A DNA stretch of 64,000 nucleotides from positions 59,582,001 to 59,646,000 of the forward strand of contig OZ320319.1 in NCBI GenBank assembly GCA_976226885.1. Direction: 5' to 3'. This document shows, piece by piece, positions 26,601 through 41,600 of the stretch. Every line of letters starts with the position of its first letter. The stretch's first letter is position 1. The notes beneath the pieces were generated by a model. It made no database searches and had not been told where the DNA came from. It was given only the letters and a program-made list of their open reading frames with translations. Source of the stretch: Iphione sp. A-MEVVRFRX5 (Eukaryota). A program made the position numbers and the translations under genes.

Positions 26601-29600
26601 TCCGTGAGATGTAATTATTACAAGATCATATTAATACGGTGAGTGCAGTAAATTTAACAAAGGAAGTTTTATTTATTATGATTTTTTTGCTATAGCACCG
26701 CAGATATGCGTATGAGCAATAGTACTATTCAGATACTTAGTAAATAACCATACACAGACAATACATAATCAATGGGGCATAGGAAGGAGATATGATATGG
26801 TCGCAGCGCATATTCATGCGTACACTGAGGGCAAAACAGATTATGTCAAGAAAATGCCGAAGAAACGTACCTGAGAATTTGCAGGAGACCTTGATCGTCT
26901 CACCCACATCGACGACCACTGGTTCGGGCGTTAGCTCCATCTTGGGGGCAGTGGGCGGCAATTCCACAGTTGCTTCCGAAGACTCGGTAGCCAATGTCTT
27001 AGACTCCTGCTCGGCAACCGTTTTAATAGTGGTAACTACTTCTTCCTTGGGCGTGGTCACCTCAGACGTCTCCAAAGCTGCGGTTACTGTGGTCTCCTCA
27101 ACAGACACAGTCTCTTGGCCTTCAGCTACTGGCTCTTGCTTAACGTCCGCCTCTGCAGACAAGGCCAAAGATACACCCACCGATGCTTCTTCCACCGCTG
27201 TGCTCTCAGCTGCTGGCACTTCGATTTGAATAGTTTTGCTGACATCCTCTTGAGCACTTTCTGCTGAGACTTCAGTGGTGCTACTCTCAAGCACCACTGT
27301 CTCCTCTGTAGACTGCACCTCTGTGGCACTACTGGTGGACAGCTGAACTACCTCGGTGGTCTCCTCCTTTGCGATTGCAGCTTCCTCAGAAGTGGGCTTC
27401 ACCTCAGCTGAAGAGCGAACGACAACTTTGGCGGTGACCTCAGTTTGGCCATGTGTGTTCTCTGCCTTTAGGGTATACTCACCAGCATCGTCGAGTGTGG
27501 CGTCAGCAATCACTAGATGGTTGAGGTCATTCGTCATGTCCCAGGTGGTCTTAATGCGTTTATCAGTCTTCCTGGGTTTGATCAGATCTTGTCCTTTGTA
27601 CCAGCAGACCTCTGGTTCGGGGTCCCCTAAGGGGTGAAACACCGAACTCATGAACTTCCCTCCATTGACACTGTTCTCTCATCATTCATCATCATCATCA
27701 TTCTCATATCTAGTGATCTTTATTCATCGCTTTGTTGCCGTGAGCCCTCCATTACCGACTGACAACATTATACCTGGTAAGAGCATTCCCTTAAAAATGA
27801 ACTGATTTTCTCTAATAACAAATGAAAAAATATATATATATAACGTGGGCAACAATACTCTCTCTAAATGATAAAAGTCTGGACAGAACTTTCCCCAAGA
27901 TTGAATAAATGCTCTATGATTCATGACAATGAACTGTCATTGCTATAGGAATCCAAGTGTCTGAAACAGACCTAAAATGGTAGAGACCGATTAGAATAAA
28001 AGATTAGCATGTGGATATATATGTATATTTGACATTAAGGCATACACAAGTGTATCACCGTAACTCTTTTTGTATTGCCTAGTTTTCTTTTAATACACAT
28101 GATTGACATATGGTGTGTGTACATACCTTTTAGTAAGGCGAATGTTTGAACAATAAGTCTTCACACAAGGCATGCCTTGGATTAAACAGAGACAAGACAC
28201 ACCCTGAAAAAGCAGAGTCGCGAACAATTTCAAGAAACAAAAAGGCCTTGCGCGGACATCAACGTATGTCCTTGGCCCCATTTGTGACCTTACAACTGAT
28301 GCGCACTGCTTTCGTGTTGCAATAAAAAGTAGTGGATCATTCGGGGTTTTGTATGGAAATTGGTGGCAGGTACAGGATATGATTCGGCAACTGGAAAAAA
28401 TGGAAGAAGTGTGTAATTTGTTACTGAGATGTAGGAGTCAATGAATGGGGAAATCAGGTCACCAGATCAGTCTGAATCGACAAGATACAGGGGTTTGTGT
28501 TACCAGAATAGCTGTTACATGGGAACACTGACCACACATTGAAACTAGGCTTTTTGATTCAATGTAGGTGAAGCACAAACATGCAAACTGGGAAAAGCAG
28601 GTTGACATGGACAGGACGCAGCAATATTCTGTGTATGTGCTAATCATACGGTCAGCGCTGGTATTTAGCATAAATACCAAGTGAATGGAACACATGACGT
28701 GGTATATAATAAGCAGCTGGCAAAGAACAGACATGCCGCCGAGTGACAATTGCCGTGTACAAATACCTACACATAATGTTATATCCTCAAGTCAGCTACT
28801 TAAACATAATGATAACAAACATCAAATAAAGAGTACAATAATACTTGTTATGATTAATCGCACGTTGTCATGCATGTTGATCAAATTGCATTTGATGTGG
28901 TGCAATTTGGGCTGCCGGCTGTGATTCACTGTGTTGAAGCAGCGTGCGCTGGAGGGAGAGTAAAGACACTAACCTGAGACTTTGCAGGTCAGCTTGATGG
29001 TTTCACCGACGTCTACCTCAACCGGTTTGGGAGGGACCTCAATCTCGGGAGACTTCTTCTTCTCTGCAGGTTTGGCTGCCTCCACCTTGCTGGTCTCTTG
29101 AACACTGATGACCTCCTCTGTAACTTCCGCCTTCTTAGCAGCCTTGGTTTCATCACGTGTCTCGCTCACCACAGCTACGGCGGAGTCCGTATCGTCTAAC
29201 TTCTCCACTTTGACGTCCTCCTTCTCAGTACGTTCGACCACCTCACCATCAATGATCGTCTCCTTGACAGAAGTCGTCTTGCGTGTCGTCTCAACGATCT
29301 GAGCACCCTCGGGCTTGCCCACAATCACGGTGACGGTGTATTTGAAGCTGCCAGAGGTGTTGCTCGCCTTCACGGTGTATTCACCCGAGTCTTCTTTGGT
29401 GGCATCTCTGATGGTCAGGACATAGATGTCTTGCTTCATGTCCCATTCCGTTTTGATACGCCGGTCAACTTTGTTCTTCTTCAGCTCCTTCTCCCCACGG
29501 AACCAGGTCACATCAGGATCAGGATCGCCTGATTTAATTTTAAAAGGCATAAAGCGGGTTAAAATCACGAGAATATGTTTAGAGCAAACCGATATGAAAC

Positions 29601-32600
29601 ACTTATAAAATCTGAACCCATCTTTTTTTAATGAATTATCAGTGATAACATTGTGACTAATGTACTTTTCGAAAGAAAAGTCAAACACGTATAATAAATA
29701 AATCTACCAAGTACACTCCTGAAACGAAACACACGTGTTCATCGCATAAACAATAAGACATGCGTGATGCTTCAAGAATCGTCGAAAATTCATGCCAAAC
29801 TGTAATAGCAATGAATGATTCACATTCCCCTGAAAGGAACTCAGACAATTACCTATGAAACACAAATAAGAGTAAGAACCAAAATGAGGGAGAACTGACG
29901 AAGTGGTGGAAGATGAACAAATAACATGATAACGGAATATAAATAGATCACTGGTAAAAAAAAAAACACAAATAAGAAGTAAAGGCAAAGACCTTTCTGC
30001 TTGAAATAATCCAAACCTACTCATCTATCTAGATACAAATCTAGTGCTAGAGTTCTATATCTCCTCGACCGCTACACAATCCTGCTGCAAACCCTACAGT
30101 TCAGAAGCAACTCTGGCAGCCATCACACAGTAACCTGAGATCCTGCAGGAAAGCGTTAGAGTTGATCCAACATCGAAGTTCTGTGATTCAGGTGGTTCGA
30201 GTAGTTTTGGTGTCTGGCCACCGCTAGCCTCCGAAGATAAAGGTCTTGCCGCTAATTGCCTTTCCTTCCCTTGTAAATGTTCTACCTCAGAGATAGTAAG
30301 CGTTGCCACGTCCTGAGATTCAGGAGATGGGCCATCTTCAGTTTCGGAAGAGGAGGAAGATTCCTCCCATGGCTTGCGTTTGACAGGCTGCATGGTTCTT
30401 AAACCGACACCAGGTAATTGGTCAGTGGTGGCGTTGGAAGTATCTCCACTCTGGAGTTCCATCTCAAAAGCACCAATGGTGTTTTGGCGCTGCGATTCGA
30501 TAGGTTTCAGTGATTCTGATGTCTGGTCATCTTCCCTCTCAGACGAAGATGTTGAGGACTCTTCCCACGGTTTGCGTTGCACTGGTTCCTTGACACTTGA
30601 ATGTACAATGTGCAACTCTTCATTCTGAGGGATGACACCTTTGCTATCATCGGGTTTGCATATACCCACATTGGCGCTGAGATAAGCCTCCTCAGGAACA
30701 TGCACTTCTGAACTACTCTTGATGGCATATTCACTTGTGTTCATTTCTGAACGTGTTCTAATTTCGTCAGATACTTCTTTATTAACTATTTCTTCCAGTG
30801 AAGAAAGATTTTGGGAAGATTCCTGCATTACCTCATTACTGCTTGGCTTTCCAATAATGACAGTAACTGTAAATTTGAAGGACCCATGTTGGTTTTTGCC
30901 ATCGACTGTATATTCTCCTGCATCATCAGGCGTTGCTTTACAGATGGTCAACCTACTAAGCCCAAGCTTAATATCGTACTCAAGGAATATCCTGGGATGA
31001 TCTTTCTTCGGTCTGATTGGTTCTCCCAGTTTGTACCATGTAACTTCAGGTAAGGGGTCCCCTAGAGAAATAATTATGAAGCTATCAGGACAAAGCTCAA
31101 ATAATGAGGCCTGTTTCACTCTTTCAAATATTGTTAAATAGCACGTTACGATGGCTGATGTGATAGTAAATTTGAAATAAATTTTAATTATAGTTTCCTC
31201 ATTATATAAACACCTTGAAAAGGGGGCATTAATTTAAAGGTGAACGAACAAAATCTGGCATGGTGTTTTTTTGTGAAGATTGGACTATAAGCCCACCTTC
31301 CACCGCACATGTAAGAATGATATCTCCTCCAATATCTACGTAGACTGGGTCCGGCTGCTGCACGACACGTGGTGCAGTCCCAGGAGACTCGGGGATGGTC
31401 CATTCATCTGTGAAAACTAGCTTCTGTCCCTTTTCAGCAAGCAAGAGTGTGCCACCGGTGGTGACGTCATCATTGCAAGTGACATCTGTATGGGAAGAGA
31501 TATCCGAGCTAGCAACACCAGTGTCTGTATTAATAGACATGGTTTGTGACTGTAACTCCTGGTCAGTCTTCAGAACGACTTCTGTGTTTCGTAATCCAGT
31601 CTCACTGTCAGATTCCACTGTAAGGGAACTCGTACGGTTTGACCGCTTCTTCTCCTTTTCATTAGTTGGTGCTTTTCCGACAGCGACAACGACAGTGAAT
31701 GTAAATGAACCATTCTTGTTTGTGGCCGTGATGGAGAAGTCGCCCCCATCCTCCTGCCTGGCATTATCAATTGTCAATGAAGACCAACCAGTCTTAAGGT
31801 TGTATTCAGTGAGTATGCGATCACCAAAGACCGCCGTGACAGGCTTCCCATCCCGGCACCACCTGACTTGTGGCATGGGGTTGCCTGTTCAAGAGTAAAT
31901 GGTATAAAATAGTATTACCACCTAATTTTAGATTTTACATAAGGCCAAAGAACATCTACGAATTCCAAGATCTACTGTACTACTAGGCACCTACACTTGC
32001 AGAACGGTACTACATGTACAATGTATTTGAATGATAGCATGCGTACAAAGGCAACCTGATTCTTTTACTTCAACACTGGCCTTGTAAAATTCAAATGACC
32101 TACTACTGTTTATTTTAAACCTGAAATTTCTGCTGGGCAATACGCATAACCATCGAAGAAGGAATGCTTCAAACCTGTCACTTGACAGAGGAGTTGGATT
32201 TTCTTCCCAACATCTACGTATAATGGTTCTGGTGGCAGAACAAAGTGAGGTGGTACACCCCCTTCATCTTCCGAGGAGCTCTCCTCCTCAGATGAAATAT
32301 CTTCCCACGGTTTACGAAGCTTTGTTTTAGTTTCCCTGGTTTCCATCTCTATCTCTTTGGTATCTGTGGTTTTATTGCTGTCGTCCAGTGCTGATGTTTC
32401 TAATTGTGTTGTTTTCAGTTCAGTAGTTTTTAGTCTAGTTGTCGTGGTTTCTCTGACTTCAGCACTGAGAACACTCTTTTCCGACAACTCTGTTGTTCGG
32501 GTCGTATCAGACAACTGGGAAGTCTGTGATAATGACTCGTGTGTAGCTCCGTAGTCTGGCATCCCAACAATGACAACTACTGTGAAGCGAAAGCTACCAC

Positions 32601-35600
32601 AAGAGTTTTTCGCCTTTACAGTATAATCCCCTGAGTCGTCATTCTGCGCTTCTCTGATGAATAATTTGCAAAGTCCTTCCTTCGAGTCATGTGAAATGTC
32701 AATTCTAGAATCAGATTTCTCCGGTTTGATACGCCTTCCAGCTTTGTACCATGTTACCTGTGGCGCTGGGTCGCCTAAAGTAGAAGACCATACACTGTTA
32801 ATATAGTACAACTGTTGGTTATGCTTCAACAAATTCTCCCAGTTTAAACGCTATTCAGCCTTCAGAGTAACGGTATGATGTTGATGTGAATCGTTGCCAT
32901 ATACCATACACAACTAGCGCTAAAACGACATGTTCTCTTCCGATCTCACGGAGAAAAATACGAATACATGTATCTCTAAAATACATGATTTACTCTAATA
33001 TATGTGCCCTGTACATATGCACTATACTGTCACAAACGCAGATCTACTAAGCTAGGATATCTCGATATCTCTAAATGTCTAAGTTCTAAGTCTAGGACTA
33101 GATAATACTTTCAATAACTAGTCTATAGTTATCTCTGTATCTATCTACGATTGTTTTAAGACGTCTGACCTTTGACCTGGCAGTTGATCTCGATAACCCC
33201 ACCGACATCCACATGAACTGGTTCTGGGGGTACGACGAAGTGTGGTGGCCTGCCTTCATATGTACCAGCAGCCAAGCCCTCCTCCTCACGAGGAACAGCC
33301 ATGTCCTGTGCAGTTGAAGTATAGAGAGTTTCAGGCCTGCTATCCCCAGTTATCTCTTGAATATTCACACTGGCCTCTTCTGTATTGCCCCTTTCTGTTG
33401 GTTCTTCAGTGACCTCACTTTTTACTGTTCTCTCAACAACTTTTCCATCCACTAATGTCTCCTCCACTACAGATACGGACCGTTTGGTCGTGACTGTCTT
33501 GAGAACTTTTCGCTCGACAGACGTCTCCTTGTCGGCCTTAGACTCAGCAACAATAACTGTTATTCTGAATTTGAAGGCGCCATGTTCATTCATTGCTAGA
33601 GCCATATATTCGCCTGAGTCATCAGTATTAGCGTCACTGATGATGAGTATGTGGAGGTCCTTCTCTGAATCACATATGATGTTTATTCGAGTATCGTCAT
33701 CGGGTATGATAAGGATGTCATCTTTATACCATTCGACTTCAGGCACGGGATCACCTAAACATTATACAGATAGAGAGGAAAGGGTTATCATATTGTTGTT
33801 CCTGCAGGAATTTCTATGAGTTAAATGATTTATCATTGTAAATTGCTAAAAAAATGGTCGAAATGGTCTACCTGAGCATTGTAGAACTAAATTAATGATT
33901 AGGCTTTAATATCTTAGCACAAACAAAGGAAGGCAATACAGAAATGAAATGTTGAACAACTATGAACGTGACTAAACCAAGATATCATGGTCAGGGTCAG
34001 ATAATAGAAACAGTAACTGAGACTGCAGGATTTTAATCCGAATAGCAGGATATAATCAATGTTGAGATTCTCGCAACTGTGTAATTCCTAGCTTAAACAT
34101 AGGTAAAGTAGAACTGAAATGATGAACAGGGAATTAAAGGAGCAATTTAAGAAATAATAGGCCGGACGTCAAATCATTATCCGAAGCTGTAAGAGATCTA
34201 AAAATATCGGGTTTGTTAATTAGTACATATCTATGAAAGATAGCATGTTAAAGAAGACAGCAGGGGAGGGGGGTACATGGAGTCCAACCTGAAACTTTGC
34301 AGGTGAGTCGGACTGTTCCGCCAACGTCTACCAATGCTGGTTCCGGAGGCTCTACAAACTTGGGTGGGTTTCCCCGCTCTTCCAAAGTTACTGTGCCACC
34401 TGCTTCCTCCACTACAAGTGATCGTTCCTCGGTGGCCTCTGGCTGTTGAAAGGTCTCCTTTGTATCTGTGCTCATTACATGCACTGAACTGATAACATCT
34501 GATGGTTCTAGCGATGCTGTAACTGACTTCAACGAGGTATCAATTTCTGTAGAGGCCAATTCTTTAGCCATTGGCTTTTCTCCAACATCAGCTTGCTTGT
34601 TTTGTGCAGCCTCAGTTAATACTTCTGCTTTGACTGTTTCCGTGAGTTGCGTCCTGTCTCTTGTCACCGGCGTGGTCTCCACAACACTCGTATCACCACC
34701 AACGATTGCAAACTTCACAGTCTCAGCAGACTCGGGTTTACCGACAAGAACAGTCACAGTGAACTTGAAACTGCCATACTTGTTTCTTGCCAAAACCGTA
34801 TATTTCCCAGCATCTTCAATGTTGGCATTAGTGATGACCAGGCTATGAACGTCTCGTTCCTTATCATAGTAAATAGAGGTGCGTGAATCTTGGCCAATAG
34901 GATTTCGTTTTGTGTCCTCCTTAAACCAACTGACTTCTGGAGTTGGTTTACCTGAAGAGTGTCATCACATAAGAACTAGGTAAGTTCCAATAATATGTAG
35001 CAGAAGCAGGAAATGTATTAAAATGAGGGTTTTCCCAGTTGACAAGAGAATATAGTGATGATATCCTTATAATTTAGGACAAAAAGTTTAAACTATGGTT
35101 TAATTCAAATCGATGGGTAGAATATAGCATGTCCCATCAGCAAACTCCACTGAAAACAACATGTCCAATATTAAAAGCTGGATGTCGAAGGACATGATAG
35201 ATAAATACACGGAATATTCTTAACATATGCTGAAGTGATTGACAAATAGAAGCATTTTCTGGACCTGTAAATAGAAGATTGTGGTAATTAGGAATTCAAT
35301 AGCAAGTTAAATCATTGATTCTCTACTAAAAATCAAAACGGCAATTTTATTTGAATTAAAGAAAGAAACATGGAAACCATATAGGTAGTGGAAGACTTTC
35401 GAGACTTGTTATTGTTTAGATGTTAATGCAGCTGTTTAACATTTCAAATTCATGAATAAATACCAAAACATAAGCTCGATGAAGGAATGCATTACAACGA
35501 AAACACGGTCATCACATGAGTCACAATATCGAAACCGAAAGAGATTACAGTTGAAACCGCCCGGTCTTCTGACAACGTCGAATACCAAGCAAACCAGTTG

Positions 35601-38600
35601 GACAAGAATGGAAGCACATGCAAACATATATGAAGCCATATAAAGTACCACGCCTTACGCAATAAATGTAAATACACAGAATAAACAAGCTAATTTACCA
35701 GCTTAACTGGACAGATTCTTCTATAAGAGAAAGTTCTTCTCTTGCCCAGACATTGTCTAGAGCATCTCACACGCACTCCAATGGATATTCAGCACTTCAA
35801 AGAAGGACTCCTTGGTTGAAGAGTCTAAGATCACCTTTGATCCGTTCTGTAAAATCTTCTCAAATTAAGGAAAAAAACAATGACGAGAATTATCCCTTTT
35901 CCTCTACACTAATAGATGCTTCAAGAGAAAGTTTTCCTTTTTTGGATGATGTGAAAAGTATTCCAGCAGAATCAAAGCAACAGCCTCTATTGCCTTTATT
36001 ACAAGTTCTGAATCTTTCTGTCCCTGTGTTTGTGTCGATGGGTCTGCAGTCCTCCGCTTTTGAATTACTGCCTATTAACTATCGCCCCTTTATCCACGTG
36101 GAGTGTGCTTCTTTCAGTAGTTTGCTGAACAATGTGAGATCCTTCTCACTTCCAAACTGTGACAATTATAGCAAGTTTAACATCCCGTGTGTGCTCTATG
36201 TAAACATGATGTAATCCCCATCACCACAATGGTGTTAATTGATAGTCTTCTTTGACATACAGTTTCGCACAACTGTCGTCTTTGCAGTTACAGTATCTTT
36301 AAATTAGCTTTGTCCTGGACAAGTTACAAATAAAGTGGTAAGACGGAGAGTCAAGACAAAAGACAGAAAGGGATCATAGTATTATGAAAAGTTTCCAATT
36401 CTTACTAACGTCTAATGCTGCCCAGATAAAAAAAAGGTATGATCAAACAAGATTTGGTGGCTCACTTTTTTGTATTCACAATTTTATGACCTTTTTATTG
36501 TCGTGAAATTGTGAAATTGGCTCTCTTCTAATGGTGTGGACTTCCTGATTATTTTCTGGGAAATTTTCTATATTTCAGTGATTTTCTCACCTTACCAAAG
36601 CATTTGTCGCTTTCTGGAATAAGAGTAATTCCCCTATTCAAGGAGCGCACATCTGACTGACTTATAACTGCTTGAGGACACAAGGAGGAAATGTAATGAA
36701 ATGACGTCAGTTACAGTTACTTAACAAGGACAAGAGGACGGTAGAGACCTTGCCTTTTGACTGCATCTAGGATTAAATTCTTTTTCCTACGTAAAATTTT
36801 GTTCTTATGTCTCTGATTGTAACTATGAAATTCCCTATGGAGATCATGTCCAGTAAAGGCACATATAGCATGGAGTTATTATAGAAAAGGAACAAAGATT
36901 TCTACAGGGTAGACCTTAAAATATATATATTTATAATTTGATATATTCTCTATCATTTTTCCTTCCTTAAGCAAGATTACCTAAAAACAATAACTATAAT
37001 GCTAAGAAAGGAATTTCTAACTACTAAAGAAAACTCCCACTTCACAATGGCTTATATAATCAGTACAAAGTAAAAACGTATTTCAAGGTGTCCTCGAAAT
37101 GAACTGATCGCCAGCTGCGAAAGAAACGGGCAGTGTGTACGTCACTTTAATGAATTTGTGACATTGCCGCAATTCTCAGTGATTTGATTGGACGATTCTC
37201 AATAAAACGTCACAATTTGTAAAAGTGAAGTGCGCACTATCCATTTCTTTTGCCACCAGCGATCGGTCTATACAATCAATGGAAAAAGCAAGTATTGCGA
37301 AGCAGGAGCATTGGAAGAGAAAGCATACCAATCCTAGCCAAATGAACTTAAGTTATCCAAGGCACTTTCTGTTGACAATCTTAAATGAACAATAACAAGT
37401 GCTCCCTATACGTATAATCATTGGAACCAATCAGTTCAGAAAGGTAATAATGCATAAATAAACAAAAGAGATTTCAGGAGAAAACAAATGATGCTAGCCA
37501 GAACGTGCAATATAACCTGAAGTAGCCTGACAGCCAAGTAAGTATGAAATGTCTCAAACAAATCCAAGTTATAAATTCTATGAAATTAAAAAGACCTTTC
37601 ATCTCGACCACATTCTCATTAGCAACAGAGCTTAGTCTAACCTGAGACTTTGCATGCCAGTTTGATAGTTTCACCAACATCAACCACAAGAGCTTCTGGA
37701 GCTTGTACAAAGTGAGATGCCTCTCCTATCTCTTCATCTGATGATTTTTCTGATGGTTTTTCACTAGAGGATTTTTTTAAAGAAGACTCCTCAGTAGATG
37801 ATAGAATGTGCTTCTTTGTTGCTTCATCTTCAACTTTTTCTACCTCAGATTCTTTTTCCCTGGACATAGGGATATCTTCAGGTTTCTCAATAAGAGTTAC
37901 ATCCTGAGTAGAAGATGCTTGTTCTATCTCTATAGCTGTTATGTGGAGTATATCAGTTTCAGAACTGACTATCTCTGTGATTTCTACAATATCATCAATT
38001 TGTTTCTCAACTTTTGTTGAGTCTACAATCATAGATGGTTCTTTTAATTTGTGTTCTAAAACTCTCTCCTGAGTCGAATCATCAGTGACAGTCAAACCTT
38101 CAGTTTCTAATGTCTGAATACTATCAACATCAACTGTTTCCTTTTCAGCTACTTTGATTGAACTCTTGGACTTCACAGTCTTCTGCATAAGTTCTGTTTC
38201 TGTAGTGTCTTTAACAATAACAGTCACTGTAAATTTGAAGCTTCCATATGTGTTCTCAGCAATCACTGTATAATCACCAGCATCTTCTAGTATTGCATCC
38301 AATATAATGAGAGTATGTAGTTTGTTTTTTATCAAAGTGTGGATAAATATGTTTGCTTTCCTAAGATGCCTGAATTCTTTTCCCAGTCTTATGCCAGGTA
38401 ATGCTTGGTGTTGGAATTCCTACATTATTAAAAGAATTATGCAGTAAATTGCCTTCCTAAACCTTTTAAGTATATTCTACTGACAAAATAGTACTTAAAA
38501 GATTCTATCATATAAATATACTGTGTATTGAGAATGTTTGTCCGTATTAAAATAAACAGGTGGTAAGAATACTTGTACGTTATCCAAGAATATATAGCTT

Positions 38601-41600
38601 TCAATATATTTCCAACTTTCCAAGCCCAACAAAGCAACTATAATATATTAACACGATTAGTGACTGCTATTGAATCCATACAATAAAATCCAAAACAGAG
38701 CCATGAAAAATAAAGACTAAAACTGAGAGCAAACTGCCGGATCAATGAATGAGCTGGACTGTGACAAAACCTAATATAATTGAAATCTTAGGAGACAGGC
38801 TTGAATATGCTATATTCAGTTAACCATCAATGCAAGTAAGAGAATTGCTCCATATTTGAAACAAGTTCTATTTACGGCCCAACACTAAAATTTTGATATA
38901 AGCTTTCTTACATATATCATACATAATTTAGCATGCCATGTGAAGAGAAATGATCCAAATAAGACAATAAGCGATGATAGAAAGTTACATCACCAAATGA
39001 AAAAGTGAAAAAGGCAATACACAAAAGCTTGAAATCAGGCCAAATTATCAACAGCAATAGTTTAAATCTAACCTGAAACTTTGCATGTCAACTTGATAGT
39101 TTCACCAACATCAACCACAACAGCTTCTGGAGCTTGTGCAAACTTAGGTGCCTCTCCTTTCTCCTCAGCAGATGACTCTTCTGATGATGATTCTTCACTG
39201 GAGGATTCTTCTGAAGAAGACGCCTCACTAGATGATAGCATAGGTTCATTTGCTGTTTTGTCTACAACCTTTTCCATCTTAGATTCTTTTCCTCTGGATT
39301 TAGGTATATCATCAGCCTTTACAACAGGAGTTACATCCTGAGTGGTAGAAGCTTGTTCTGTCTCTATGGTTGTCACATATAGTGTATCAGTTTCAGTACT
39401 CACCACCTCTGTAACTTTCACTATAATATCTTCTTCTTTCTCATCCTTTGTTAAGTCTACAATCATAACTGGCTCTTTTGTTTTGTACTCTGTAGGTCTT
39501 TCCTTTACAAAATCATCAGTGACAGTCAAACCTTCAGTGACTGATGTCTGAATGGTATCAAAATCTAATGCTTTCTTTTCTTCTACTTCAGTTGATCTTT
39601 CAGACTCAGTGGTCCTTCTCCTTTCTTCAGTCTCTTTAGAATCTCCTACAAAGACAGTGACTGTAAATTTGAAGCTTCCACATTTGTTCTCAGCAACTAC
39701 TGTGTAAACACCAGCATCTTCTAGCTTTGCATCTAATATGATGAGGATATGTAAGCCTTGTCTTTTATCAAAGTGTGGATTAATACGTTTGCTCTCCTTC
39801 GATGTCTGAATTCTTTGCCCAGACTTATGCCAGGTTACACTTGGTGATGGAATTCCTACAATATGGTTATGAGAAATTGAAAATAATAATCCTCCTTAGA
39901 CCTCCTAAATCTATCACACTTATAAAAAGTAAACATTTTGCTTTTTCTCTATCATTTAAATTTTCTCTATATCTTTAAACGTATGTCATTAAAAAATAAA
40001 CAGCAGAAAAGAGCAAAGTTGAGATTTAGGGTAAAGGTTATATGTTTAAATACATATGTTTCCTCCTCTCTAAAGTTCAACAAAACAAGTTCAGTACATC
40101 TAGTTAGTTACTTCCTGATCAATTCTATGAAATCCGAAACTGAACAATAATGAAAAGCATAACACTGAAAACAAACCATCATATCAATGAAATAAGCCGG
40201 AATATAATAAAACCTAATGAAACAAAAGTCTCAGAGAATACACTTCAATATGCTGTAATAAATCAAATATCAATAAATGTGGGTGAATTGCTACTCCTTT
40301 GTAATTAGTCCTTTTCAGGACCTAAAACTCCAACCTAGGTATATGCTTCATAATAGATATTAAATGAAACAAATTAACATGCATATGAAGTAAAAATAAT
40401 ATAAATAAGACAATAAGCAATGATACAACAATCAAATAACAAAGCCAAAAAGATGATATACAAAAGATAGCAAATGAGGCTGAATTCTCATAAACAGCAG
40501 TTTGAATCTAACCTGAAACTTTGCATGTCAGCTTGATAGTTTCACCAACATCAACCACAACGGCCTCTGGAGCTTGCATAAACATAGGTGCCTCTCCTTT
40601 CTCCTCATCAGATGACTCTTCTGATGATGAATCTTCGCTAGAGGATTCTTCTGAAGAAGACTCCTCACTAGATGATAGAATAGGCTTCTTTGCTGCTTTA
40701 TCTTTAACCTTTTCTATCTTAGATTCTTTTCCTTTTGATTTAGGTATATCATCAGGTTTTATGACAAGAGTTACATCTTGAGTGGTAGATGCTTGGTCTG
40801 TAACCACAGTTGTCACATAAAGTGTATTACTTTCAGTGCTTAATATATCTGTGACTTTTTTTGCAACATCATCTTTTTTCTCTTCTTTTGTTGAGTCTAC
40901 AATCATAACTGACTCATTTGTTTTGTGTTCTAAAACTCTGTCTTTGGTCAAATCATCAGTGGCAGTCAAACTTTCAGTCACAATTGTCTGAATGGTTTCA
41001 GCATCAACTGTTTTCTCTTTGGTTACCTCACTTGAACCCTTGGTCTCTGTGACCTTTCTCATCTGTTGAGTCTCTTCAGTATCTCTGACAACAAGAGTGA
41101 CTGTAAATTTGAGGCTTCCATATTTGTTCTCAGCAATCACTGTATAATCACCACCATCCTCTGACTTTGCATCCAGTATGATAAGAATATGTAAGTTTTG
41201 TTTTTCATCAAAGTGTGGATTGATATGTTTATCCTTTGCTGCCTCAATCCTGTGTGCATTCTTATGCCAGGTTACTTTTGGTGCTGGAATTCCTAAAATG
41301 TTGTGAGAAGAAATATGAAATAGTTACTGTTCTTTTACTGACGTCCTTCTCAATTTAATTAGGTTCACGTAGTAATGAAAAAAATTTAACTCCTATTTTT
41401 GGTATTCAAAACTCGTATAGCTTAAACGTTGTCCTTCATGAAAGGAACTATTGGTAATCAGTTTTGAAATAAGATTCTGAACTTCTTAAGTAGAAAATAA
41501 ATATTTCCTATACTCCCTTTGATTCAACAAAGCCACATGGAATGGGCAAAAATATTCTTCGGGAAACCTACTTTATAACTATTTGTATGAACTATTCACC

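Noticed and set aside
35753-36214. 153-aa plus-strand ORF as a nested gene
   Set aside because: No recognisable motif; overlaps the probable relic exon on the opposite strand.
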